The notes: a model not told the origin generated them from the sequence alone. DNA of 26,568 bases from Octopus sinensis (GCF_006345805.1 NW_021834115.1:1-26568), one strand, 5' to 3'; numbered from the stretch's first letter, positions 1-11,520 are shown. Numbers and translations are program-made.

Positions 1-60
1 ATCAATAGGCAAAAAAAAAAAAATGAGAAAAAAATGAACGCATTTAGCCACCCTTTTTGC

Positions 61-218
61 GGAATAACTTTGACCATCACACAAACCAAAATATCGTTAC
101 ATTAATAACTCTAAGCCTGACGGGACAACTTTGATCACTACTAAAACCAGTATACATCACGTTAATAACTAATCATTTGGGAATGTTTTTGATTATCAAA
201 GAAACCATTATGTTTAAT
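61..218. repeat. Degenerate ~60-bp minisatellite, about 2.7 units
   Basis: Units start at 61, 122 and 179. They share GG-A-n-TTTGAYCA/TA...AAACCA...TTAAT(AACT). Confidence 0.6.
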
Positions 219-263
219 GGCCTCAACCATTAAGACACGCCGCCGCACCCTGGGTATTATGGA

Positions 264-936
264 TTAACCATTTAGCATTCAGATTATTCTGTCAAATGCA
301 ATACTTCTTTTATCTTTTGTCTTTCATTTGTTTCAGTCATTAGACTGCGGCCATGCTGGGGCACCGCCTTGAAGAATTTTTAGTTGAACGAATCGATCCC
401 CGCTACTTGTTATTTATTAATTATTTTTTTTTTGCAAAGTCTGGTACTTATTCTATCGGTGTCTTTTTGCCGAGCCGCTATGTTATGGGGATGTAATCAC
501 ACCAACACCGGTCGTCAAGGTGGTTGTGAGGGACAAACACCCACACAAAGCCATACACATGCATATATATTCGACTGGCTTCTTTCAGTTTCCGTTACCC
601 AAATCGACAAGCTTTGGTAAGCCCAAGGTCACAGTCCATAGTCTATAGTAGAAGACACTTGTCTAAAGTGCCAGGCAGTGGGATTGAACCTGGACCCATG
701 TGGCTGGGAAGCAAACTTCTTACCATACAGCCACGCCTGCGACTATATTCATTCTCCTTCTTTTGAATTAATCATGCATTATCTCATAGCTTCGAGATTT
801 CGATGATCTGATTGTGCATCTTGGGAGTGACATTGTAGGGTAGGTGTGAAAAGCTTGATGTGGTCTGTTTGAACGATAAAATAGGTAGGTAGAATATGCG
901 GGTATGATGCAGCCAGTTTAAGTGCTAAAGGGTTAA
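264..936. mobile_element. piggyBac-type non-autonomous element (MITE), interrupted by a SINE
   Basis: TTAA at 264-267 and 933-936. Left terminus CCATTTAGCATT (268-279) matches the reverse complement of the right terminus AGTGCTAAAGGG (921-932) at 10/12. A TTAA target duplication and CCC...GGG termini are piggyBac hallmarks. Confidence 0.75.
308..741 (-). mobile_element. tRNA-derived SINE, family A (Octopus-type), full length
   Basis: The minus strand starts CGCAGGCGTGGCTGTATGGTAAG (A-box-like) with GGTTCAATCCC (B-box-like). Body and 3' end (GACTGCGGCCATGCTGGGGCACCGCC on +) are shared with four other copies in this window. Confidence 0.9.
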
Positions 937-1249
937 GCCTTAAGTTTAAGTGCTTAAGGGTTAATCTTTAGGAAATCTATATCTAAAGTTTCTGTGTCAT
1001 GGCTTAAGTATTTTGAAAACTGATTTGATGAAGGGCTTGGTTGCTGCTATTTCTAACACATTCAGCTACCATCCAGAGGCTACCGTTTTTGGTTCAGCTG
1101 TTATAAATTAAAGAGGCAGCTGTTCTGAAGCAGTAAGTATGAAGTAAATTTACCCCCGTGACGCGGTTTCGATTCCCTGTGGAGGCTGTTTCTCTCAGCG
1201 AACATACCAACAAGATAAATATCCTTACCACATATGGACAAAGATGGCT

Positions 1250-1720
1250 ACATGCGTGCGCACGCGCGCGTGTGTGTGTGCCTGCGTGTGCGTTCGCGTG
1301 TGTGTGTGTGCATTTGTATATGTGTGCGTTTGGGGGCTTGTATATTTGCTAGTCAGTGTGCGTGTATATGTGTGTGAGTGTGTGTGTGTGTGTGTGTGTG
1401 CGTGTGAGTGTGTGTATGTGTATGTGGGTGTATGCGTGTGTGTGAGATAGAGAGAGGAAAAGAATCAGATAGAATATGTGTGTGAGTATGTGTGTTGGTG
1501 TCTATGAGTATGCACCTGTTTGCGTACGTATGTGTGTGTGTGTGTGCGTGTGTGTGTGTGTGCGTGTGTGTGTGTGTGTGTGTGAATGAGAAGTAACCTA
1601 TGTATGAGTATGTATGCGAATGTGTGTATGTGATTATAAGAGAGAAAGAAAGAAAGAAAGAAGGACGGACACACTATGCTCGTGTGTGTATATCTATGCA
1701 CATATGTGTGTGCGTAAATA
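1250..1720. repeat. (TG)n/(CG)-containing alternating purine-pyrimidine microsatellite mosaic
   Basis: Directly visible. It explains the VCVC/HTHT ORFs at 1158-1701. Confidence 0.95.
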
Positions 1721-1784
1721 TTTGCATGTGCATGTGAGTATATGCATGTGTTTGTTTATGTACGAGTGTTAGTGAGTGCTTTTG

Positions 1785-1880
1785 AGAGAATGAGAGAGAA
1801 AGAAAGAGAAAGCGAAGCGACAGAGAGAGAGAGAGAGAGAAGTTAGACTGGGAGAGAAAGAGAGAGAGAAACTAGACAGG

Positions 1881-1912
<32 letters not shown>

Positions 1913-2206
1913 AACTAGATAGAGAGAGAAAGAGAGCGAGAGAAGCTAGATAGGGAGAGAAAGAGAGAGAGAAACTAGATAGGGAGAGAAAGAGAGAAAC
2001 TAGATAGGGAGAGAATGGAGAAAAAGAGAGAGAAAAGAGAAGAGAGCGACAGAGAGAGAGAGAGAGAGTGAGAGAGAGAGAGAAGCTAGATAGGGAGAGA
2101 AAGAGAGAGAGAAACTAGATAGGGAGAGAAAGAGAGAAACTAGATAGGGAGAGAATGAGAGAAAAAGAGAGAGAAAAGAGAAAGAGAAGCGACAGAGAGA
2201 GAGAGA

Positions 2207-2242
<36 letters not shown>

Positions 2243-2630
2243 CTAGATAGGGAGAGAAAGAGAGAGAGAGAAGCTAGATAGGGAGAGAATGAGAGAGAAA
2301 GAGAGAGAAAAGAGAAAGAGAAGCGACAGAGAGAGAGAAAGAGAGTGAGAGAGAGAGAAGCTAGATAGGGAGAGAAAGAGAGAGAGAAACTAGATAGGGA
2401 GAGAAAGAGAGAAACTAGATAGGGAGAGAATGAGAGAAAAAGAGAGAGAAAAGAGAAAGAGAAGCGACAGAGAGAGAGAGAGAGAGAGAGTGAGAGAGAG
2501 AGAGAAGCTAGATAGGGAGAGAAAGAGAGAGAGAAACTAGATAGGGAGAGAAAGAGAGAAACTAGATAGGGAGAGAATGAGAGAAAAAGAGAGAGAAAAG
2601 AGAAAGAGATGCGAGAGAGAGAGAGGGAGA
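1785..2630. repeat. (GA)n-derived minisatellite with higher-order ~140-bp periodicity
   Basis: Monomers of the type (GA)nAA(G/A)CTAGATAGGGA. AAGCTAGATAGGG block starts at 1943, 2083, 2240, 2358 and 2505 (plus an extra copy at 2271). Confidence 0.9.
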
Positions 2631-2725
2631 GACGGACTGATTACGCACGTATTTGTGTCTGTGTGTGTATATGCACGTTTGTATGTTTGTGTGGAGGCAA
2701 GTGCGTGCATCAGTGTTTGTATGTT

Positions 2726-2795
<70 letters not shown>

Positions 2796-2974
2796 TGTGT
2801 GTGTGAGTGTGTGTGTGTGCGTGCGTGCGTGTGTCTGTGTGTAAGAGGATATTTGATAAGTGGGCAGTCTCTCTCTGGGGTTTCCGTTAGCCTACTCATT
2901 ATTAGCTCATCAGTTGGCTAATGAGGACTATACTTTGTAACCTTAACTACAGAAGCTGTCGACATTTTATGCAC

Positions 2975-3330
2975 CGCCAACACTAACACCGTTACTAACA
3001 GCGTCACCAAAACCACCACAAACCACCACCACCACCACCACCACCACCACCACCACTACCACTACCGCAGCAACCACCACCACCGCAAACACCACCACCA
3101 CTACCAACACCACCACCACCACCACTACCACCAACACCACCACCAACACCACAACTACCACCACCAACACCACCACCACCACCAACACCACAACAACCAC
3201 CACAACCACAACTACCACCACCACCACCACCACCACAGTAACCACCACCACTGCAAACACCACCACTACAAACCACCACCACCACCTCCACTACCAACAC
3301 CACAACCACTATCACTACCACCACCAACTA

Positions 3331-3368
<38 letters not shown>

Positions 3369-3383
3369 TACCACCACCACCAT

Positions 3384-3424
<41 letters not shown>

Positions 3425-3425
3425 T

Positions 3426-3482
<57 letters not shown>

Positions 3483-3758
3483 CACCACCACTACTACTAC
3501 TACTAACGCCAACACTAGCAAATGTACCATCTTTACTGCTAATGTCGCCACTACTAGCATATACAACCAATACCATCTCCAGCCCTTCAGTATCACCACC
3601 ACCAATTTCACAATCCCTATAGTCATTTACAGTTAATAACGAGAGAGAAATAGCAATCAAATCTTCTTCAAATAACACCCAAGAAGCACAAAACCACCAC
3701 CACCACCACCACCACCACAACCACCACCACCACCACCACCACCACCACCGCCACCACC

Positions 3759-3801
<43 letters not shown>

Positions 3802-3850
3802 CCAACACCACCACCACCACCATCATAACCATAACCATCTCCACGGCCTC
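2975..3850. repeat. (ACC)n/(ACT)n/(ACA)n trinucleotide mosaic
   Basis: Directly visible. It generates the poly-V/poly-G/poly-S ORFs on the minus strand. Confidence 0.95.
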
Positions 3851-4399
3851 CACTGTTACGATCACTTCCACGCTTGGAATTCATATGACCACCATACCGT
3901 GATCAGATGTCTTCCAACCGTGAACATCCTGTCTTTTTCCAAGCATACTGTAAATAGAACTAAAACAGCTAAGATGACATATATTTATCTCGGTCCCCGC
4001 CTCTCTTTGTCTCTCTGTCTTTCTGTATGCATACATATAAATCTACATACATGCACACATACACACATACATATATATATGTGAAGTAGAACAAAACAAG
4101 AGAGTTTGTTTATGTAGTACTTAGTTATATTATCTTACGTGTGTTTTATTAACAATGAATAAGTATCAGTTGTGAAAGGAAAGCATAAGTTGATTGTATT
4201 GTCAAATCATCCGAGAATGTGTAACTCTCAATATTCACTTTTAGAATCCATAGTGGACTGTCGTCATTTTATCGTATACACTATTACATGTCCTCCTTAC
4301 AGTTTCCCATTGGATATACATGGAATTTTAAATACTGGTCATTTGTCTTGCGACTTAAATTTGAATCGCACCATTCTATATAATAGAATTTCCCGTTGA

Positions 4400-4672
4400 A
4401 GTAGACGTATGAGTTCAGTTCTTCGCTGAACGACCTGCACAAGTGATTTGTGCACAGTAATCAAATGTATAGGCTGTACGTTAGATCACTCCCTTCCATC
4501 AAATCGACATTGCCTTTACAGGTGCATAAGTGTGCCACACGTCAGACGTCGAAATGTTCGTAGAGCAATGTCAAATGAAGTGTCTTGCTGAAGAACACAA
4601 CGGCGCGGGAATCGAATCAATGACCTAGCGGTCATGAGTGCGACACCCTGACCACAAGGCTACGCCCTTCAC
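4400..4672 (-). mobile_element. tRNA-derived SINE, family C, diverged
   Basis: Minus strand reads GTGAAGGGCGTAGCCTTGTGGTCAGGGTGTCGCACTCATGA...GATTCGATTCCC...GTTGTGTTCTTCAGCAAGACACTTCATTT. Head and centre match the copy at 25199. Confidence 0.75.
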
Positions 4673-4699
4673 GCACACACACACAGAAGAATATATATA

Positions 4700-4970
4700 T
4701 CATTTCTGGAACGGTGAATCTTGAAGCAGACAATGCGCGTAAATATTGGGTAAAACAATCCTTTGGATAGAAAGAATCTGTTCGTGGGACTCGCACTCAT
4801 ATTCCCTGAAATCCTGATATGTCTTCTGCTTTTGAACCAAAGCAATTCCTCAAAGTCCTCACCCCATTTTAGAAACTTTTTTCTTACCAGTGAGAATTGT
4901 ATGTTGTTTACACCAGAGGAATTTAGAAGCTTCAAGAGAACGTGAAATAATTCATTTTTGGAACGGTGTA
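4700..4970. mobile_element. Possible end of an IR/DR-type Tc1-family DNA transposon
   Basis: 17-bp direct repeats TCATTT(C/T)TGGAACGGTG at 4700-4716 and 4952-4968 (16/17 identical, 252 bp apart). The outer copy is followed by TA. No partner terminus is seen in the window. Confidence 0.35.
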
Positions 4971-5071
4971 ATATAAATATAATAAATATGTACTGAGCCA
5001 AATATATTGCGGAATCCTTCAACTAATTCGAAATTGTGTTTTTTACTATAACTCACAAAAAGCAACGTAAA

Positions 5072-5420
5072 TGCACACACACACACGCACACACACACAC
5101 ACACAAACGCACGTACACACACACACACACACGCACATACGCTCGCACACACACACACACATACACACATACGCTCGCACACACACACACACACACGCAC
5201 ACACACAAGCACACACACACGCTCGCACACACAAGCACACACACACACGCTCGCACACACGCACACACACACACAACACACACACACACACGCTCGCACA
5301 CACACACACAAGCACACACACACTCAAGCACACAAGCACACACACACACACAAGCACTCACACACACGCTCGCACACACACACACAAGCACACACACACA
5401 CACAAATACACATACACACA
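5072..5420. repeat. (CA)n microsatellite with recurrent CGCTCG and CAAG variants
   Basis: Directly visible. Confidence 0.95.
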
Positions 5421-5537
5421 AATTACGGAGAATATCCCACGAAAGAAATATGAGATATCATAAACGTCTAGACTTATAGTCACTCTTCGTGTTGTTGATA
5501 TTTTTCTGAGTACCATTAATTTCTCTGACGTCACATT

Positions 5538-5583
5538 CACTAATTTATGTTTTTTTCTTTTTATTTTTTAATTGCAGGTAAGT
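5538..5583 (+). other. Strong 3' splice site abutting a consensus 5' splice site (AG|GTAAGT)
   Basis: Branch point CACTAAT at 5538-5544, a ~25-nt T-rich tract, TTGCAG ending at 5577, and GTAAGT at 5578-5583. Confidence 0.55.
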
Positions 5584-5687
5584 TCCACTTTGAATCTGAC
5601 TTTACCTTGGAGCATCATCGACAACTGAACCGGTATAAGTAAACTGGACTTGTTGCACGTCTTTTGTATGACTGAATTGATGTATGA

Positions 5688-5741
<54 letters not shown>

Positions 5742-5968
5742 AGGGGGGATAGATGGATGGATGTACGTATGTATGTATATATACACACACATAAGTGCAT
5801 AAATGCAAAAAAAAAAGATGGAAAAAAGTAATACTCGAATACCAAAGGTAGAGTAAAGTGCTTCTTATTAAAGCTGAAATTTTTTTTCACAAGCTGATTC
5901 CCAGAGTTTCATGTTAGCGTTCGTCAGTCGGTATGATCACAACTGTCCGACGAACGGTAACTGAAACT

Positions 5969-6454
5969 GGAGGCGCGATGGCCCAGTGCTTAGGGCAGTG
6001 GACTCACGGTCGTAGGTTCGCGGTTTCCATTCCCAGACCAGGCATTGTGAGTGTTTATTGAGGCTCCGGTAGGGGGTGGTGGTGAACCCTCTTGTACTCT
6101 TTCACCACAATTTTCTCTCACTCTTTCTTACTGTTTCTGTTGTACCTGTATTTCAAAGGACCAGCCTTGTCACACTCTGTGTCACGCCGAAACTCCCCGA
6201 GAACTACGTTAAGGGTGCACGTGTCTGTGGAGTGCTCAGCAACTTGCACGTTAATAAATGAGCTGCCACGTCACAGGTGCCAAGCTGTATCGGCCCTTTG
6301 ACTTTCCCTTGGATAACATCGGTGGCGTGGAGAGGGGAGGCTGGTATGCATGGGCCACTGTTGGTCTTCCATAAACAACCTTGCCCAGTCTTGTGCCTCG
6401 GAGGGTAACTTTCCAGGTGTAATCCCATGGTCATTCATGACCGAAGGAGGTCAC
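5969..6454 (+). mobile_element. tRNA-derived SINE, family D, with a LINE-like 3' portion
   Basis: The head GGAGGCGCGATGGCCCAGTGCTTAGGGCAGTGGACTC...GGTTTCCATTCCC has A/B-box-like motifs. The element ends at a (TA)n tract. Confidence 0.8.
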
Positions 6455-6472
6455 TATATATATATATATATT

Positions 6473-6675
6473 CAAAATGTGACCGCGTGTGTATCGTTGG
6501 CGATATTTTTTCCTCCGTCTTCCCTTCCTTGGATCTTTTCATTTCCTATGTTTCTGAAGAAGAGCTCCGCTCGAAACGTTAAATCATCCTTCTTTCTTTC
6601 CTTTCCTGAGTGTCCAATGACACTATACTCGTTCCACGTCCTCACGTTGTTGTGTTTTCATGTTTGGATTAACTT
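6473..6675 (+). mobile_element. Penelope-like pseudo-LTR remnant between (TA)n tracts
   Basis: Flanked by (TA)n on both sides. It contains a hammerhead-like core, and the central motif is shared with 23143-23330. The Penelope assignment is inferred from the ribozyme motif and context. Confidence 0.55.
6550..6584 (+). ncRNA. Minimal type I hammerhead ribozyme-like motif
   Basis: GTTT-CTGAAGA-A-GAGC/TCC/GCTC-GAAA-C-GTT-AAAT. Stem I is GTTT:AAAT, stem II is 4 bp, stem III is the AACGTT palindrome, and the triplet is GUU. Confidence 0.55.
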
Positions 6676-6934
6676 TATATATATATATATATTTCACTTA
6701 TGCATAGCAATACTAGTAATCTGGTGTCAGATCTCGACACACATGTGCTTCAAAATAAAGTGTTAGTCCAGTAGTACGGAGCATCTGAGCATAATATAAC
6801 ATTAAATAAATAGAGATTTTGAAGCTCTTAGGAAGCTATAAACTGATGCTCAAGCAGTCAGCTCGTAATCTTTGAAATGCCTATTCTCTCCATATAAATT
6901 TTTTGTTAGGGATAATGTTTATCTTTTTTTTTTC

Positions 6935-7519
6935 CATTTCATCATCCTCATAACAATATTGCTCCTCCTCCTCCTCTTCATCATCATCATCATCATCACC
7001 ATCATCTTAATTATCATGAACCACCGTCATCACCCTCCTTATTTTCTTTCTCCTGATCACCGCCACCACCATCGCCGCCGCCGCCGCCACCACCACCGTG
7101 CACGACTAACACCATGACTACTGCCACAACTACTAGTACTAGCACCGACACTACCACCACCACCACCACCACCACAAACGACTGATAATAGCACTACCAC
7201 CTGTGTCACCCATACCAACATTACCATCAATACAGCCACCACTACCGTCATGAACAGCATCACCACCATTACTACTACTACTACTACCACCACAGCTACC
7301 ATCACCACTACCACTACTATTACTACTATTACTACTACTACTACAACTACTACTACTACTATTACTACTACTACTACTACTACCACCGTCACTACTACTA
7401 CCATCACCATCACTACTACTACTACTACCACCGTCAACTAATACAAACCATTCACTACTATTAACTACTACTACTAGACTACTACTACACCCCGTCACTA
7501 CTACTACCATCACTACTAT

Positions 7520-7553
<34 letters not shown>

Positions 7554-7588
7554 GTCACTACTACTACCATCACCATCACTACTATCAC

Positions 7589-7619
<31 letters not shown>

Positions 7620-7643
7620 GTCACTACTACTACCATCACCATC

Positions 7644-7676
<33 letters not shown>

Positions 7677-7720
7677 GTCACTACTACTACCATCACTACT
7701 ACTACTACTACTACTAAAAC
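6935..7720. repeat. (CAT)/(CAC)/(ACT) trinucleotide mosaic with ~60-bp higher-order units in its 3' half
   Basis: The CCGTCA marker recurs at 7386, 7431, 7492, 7552, 7618 and 7675. Confidence 0.9.
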
Positions 7721-7847
7721 AACCATTACATTCCACTGCTAATGCATCATCTTGTCCCATTCCGCCAACCACGACCAGAATCACCCTTACCTTTACTATC
7801 ATAATTGTTACATATTTGTTGTTTTTTTTTTCAATTAGCTTTTATTA

Positions 7848-7861
7848 GTTACCATGACAAC
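7848..7861. promoter_or_regulatory. Candidate RFX X-box
   Basis: GTTACCATGACAAC fits GTHNYY-AT-RRNAAC and is one base from the GTTRCCATGGYAAC palindrome. Motif evidence only. Confidence 0.3.
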
Positions 7862-7939
7862 GTTTACGTTAATGAGACGAAAATTTCAGAGAAAATGAAA
7901 TCATACACACGATTACACGCCACATTCAAAAATGCACCC

Positions 7940-7959
7940 ACACTCTCTGTCTGTCTGTC

Positions 7960-8010
<51 letters not shown>

Positions 8011-8477
8011 TCTCTCTCTCACCCACACCCACACTAGTATATGTATATAATGAATGTATAAATATTTATGTGGGTGTGTATATATACATACACACATCAT
8101 ACATACATACATACATACATACATACATACATACATACATACATACATACATACACACATTCATACATACACACATACATACATACATACATACATGCAT
8201 GCACACATTCATACATACATACATACATGCATACATACATACATACATATATACATACATACACACATGCATACACACATTCATACATGCATACATACAT
8301 ACATACATACATACATACACATGCATACACACATTCATACATACATACATACATACATACATACATACATGCATACACACATTCATACATACACACGTAC
8401 ATACATACATACATACATACATACACATTCATTCATACATACATATATATTATACACACACACACACGGACACACAC

Positions 8478-8536
<59 letters not shown>

Positions 8537-8825
8537 CAAACGCTTTTTATCCTGTTTTTAAATGTCCATTATTGATTCGATTTCTCGATATAAATGTAGC
8601 GGTTATTTGCCTTCAGTTTTCAAAACCAACACCACCTTCATCTTTTTATTCTAATTACTGTTTGCTGGTTAGTTTCTTTCTTTCTTTGTGTCTTCCTTCC
8701 TTCCTTCCTTCCTTCCTTCCTTCCTCCTTCCCCCTTTCTTTCTTTCTTTCTTCTTTCTTTCTTTTTCTTTCTTTCTTTCTTTCTCTTTTTCTTTCTCCCT
8801 CTTTCTTTTCTTTCTTTCTTTCTTC
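7940..8825. repeat. Microsatellite block: (TGTC)n, (TC)n, (CATA)n, (CA)n, (TTCC)n/(TTTC)n
   Basis: Directly visible. It explains the long IHTY/MYVC ORFs. Confidence 0.95.
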
Positions 8826-8976
8826 CATTTTTTTTTTAGTTTGATGTTTTAGACGAAATCAACGTTTACCAATATTTTTTTGGGTTTGCAAACATCTTTC
8901 TTCGACTTTCCTTACATTTCTTAAGGATGGCGCCATTCCCTTATAAGTTATGTCACCTGTGTGTATATACATAGCA

Positions 8977-9030
<54 letters not shown>

Positions 9031-9164
9031 GTATATAATTATAAATATATGGTGTGAATGTATGTTTGTATGTAATGTATGTATATAATTATAAATATAT
9101 TGTGTGAATGTATGTTTGTATGTATGTATGTATTATATATATATATATATATATATAGTATATA

Positions 9165-9227
<63 letters not shown>

Positions 9228-9234
<7 letters not shown>

Positions 9235-9452
9235 GTCTGGGGAGAGTCATTCTGTTTTAGTGCCATATTACTTAATACATTCACCGGCCCGATCCACTCA
9301 TTTACTTATTTATTATTTTTTAAACGACTACTGAAAAGGTTGCAAGACGCAAGAAAACTTTAGAGAAAATAAATAAGTAAATAAGTGGAATCGAACCGGT
9401 GAGTGTGTTAAGTAATAAGGCATAAAAGAGAATGACTCTCCCGACACAATAA
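9228..9452. mobile_element. Foldback element, ~86-bp inverted arms
   Basis: Arm 9228-9314 is the reverse complement of 9368-9452 with scattered mismatches and indels. It starts at the edge of a (TA)n tract. Confidence 0.85.
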
Positions 9453-9537
9453 AATATACTTCCACACGAAATTCACATAAAGAATCTGTAAACCAAATAC
9501 AAAAACGAAATATATATATATATATACACACACACAC

Positions 9538-9599
<62 letters not shown>

Positions 9600-9609
9600 T
9601 ATATATATA

Positions 9610-10248
<639 letters not shown>

Positions 10249-10258
10249 GAAGAAGAAG

Positions 10259-10569
10259 AAGAAACTCTCAAAATACAAAGACCTGGAATAGAGGTAACTA
10301 GAATGTGGAATCTGAAAACAGAAACAATTCCTATCATAGTAGGTGCATTAGGCATGATAAAAAAATATTCAGACAAATACATAACAAAAACACCAGGACT
10401 TACAACACATATAACATACAGAAAATTGCACTACTAGGCACTGCACACATTCTACGCAGAACACTTTCCATACAATAACCATCAGAGCATCACAACAAAT
10501 CACAGCACATACCCAGGCACACAGAGCTGCGCTCGGTAGTGAAGTGAAAGCACGCAATAAAATAAACTA

Positions 10570-10600
<31 letters not shown>
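10259..10600 (+). mobile_element. 5'-truncated R4/Dong-type non-LTR retrotransposon (REL endonuclease C-terminus plus 3' UTR)
   Basis: With two 1-nt frameshifts it translates to KLSKYKDLE-EVTRMWNLKTETIPIIVGALGMIKKYSDKYITKTPGLT-TYNIQKIALLGTAHILRRTLSIQ* (stop 10476-10478). (AAT)n lies on both sides. Confidence 0.85.
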
Positions 10601-10988
10601 TTAGGAGTATTTCCAAACTTACAGGGAAAAATTAGATTTAAGATTAAATCAAATTCACAGTATAAATATAATAGTGTTTTTATCTCTAATTTTTAATTTA
10701 TATATTATATATATATTATTATATATATATATATTATATATATATATATATATATGCACACCACACCACACACACACACACACACACACACACACCACAC
10801 ACACACGCACGCACACACACACACACACACACACATTCTTTAAGTTCGTTTATGGGAAACGGTTTTGAGCGCGTTCATAGAAAGCTGCTCTGCTACTTTT
10901 TCCGGTTACCGCCTATTGTTCCGATCTTCCAGAGTAATTTTATGGAATGTTTATTTTGTCTGGTGCCGCTATAGCGGAGGGTGAATAT

Positions 10989-11209
10989 TAGTAACAGCGA
11001 GAAATTTTGAATGGAAATTCATAAATTCCTTAATGGATTGCTACGTACGTTTCCACAAAGCACATGTTTCTGGGGTGTTGCATTTCCCCATCCACAGGAC
11101 ATTACAGATATGAGAGGAGTGCAGCCAAAAGCATGTGCGTTGTGGAAACGTACGTAGCAATGCATTAAAGAATTTATGAATTTCCATACAAAACTTCTCG
11201 TTATTGCTA
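10989..11209. mobile_element. Foldback element, ~81-bp inverted arms, TA at both ends
   Basis: 10989-11069 matches the reverse complement of 11127-11209 with about ten mismatches. Confidence 0.85.
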
Positions 11210-11219
11210 TGTGTATAGA

Positions 11220-11444
11220 CACATACATACATACATACATACATACATACATGCATACATACATACATACATACATACATACGAACATACATACATACAT
11301 ACGAACATACATACATACATACATACATACAAACATACATACATACATACATACATACAACATACATACATACATACATACATACATACAACATACATAC
11401 ATACGCACACATACACTCATATACACGCGCGCGCACACACGTGC

Positions 11445-11482
<38 letters not shown>

Positions 11483-11520
11483 CATACTTACACTCATATA
11501 TATATACATATATATGTGTG
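11220..11520. repeat. (CATA)n and (TA)n microsatellites
   Basis: Directly visible. Confidence 0.95.

Noticed and set aside
2861-2920. CTGATGA...GAAA on the minus strand
   Set aside because: No closing stem II pair and no NUH triplet in register with helix III.
4669-5022. 117-aa minus-strand ORF and overlapping 60-aa plus-strand ORF
   Set aside because: No recognisable motif, overlapping open frames on both strands, and location between direct repeats suggest a transposon end rather than a gene.
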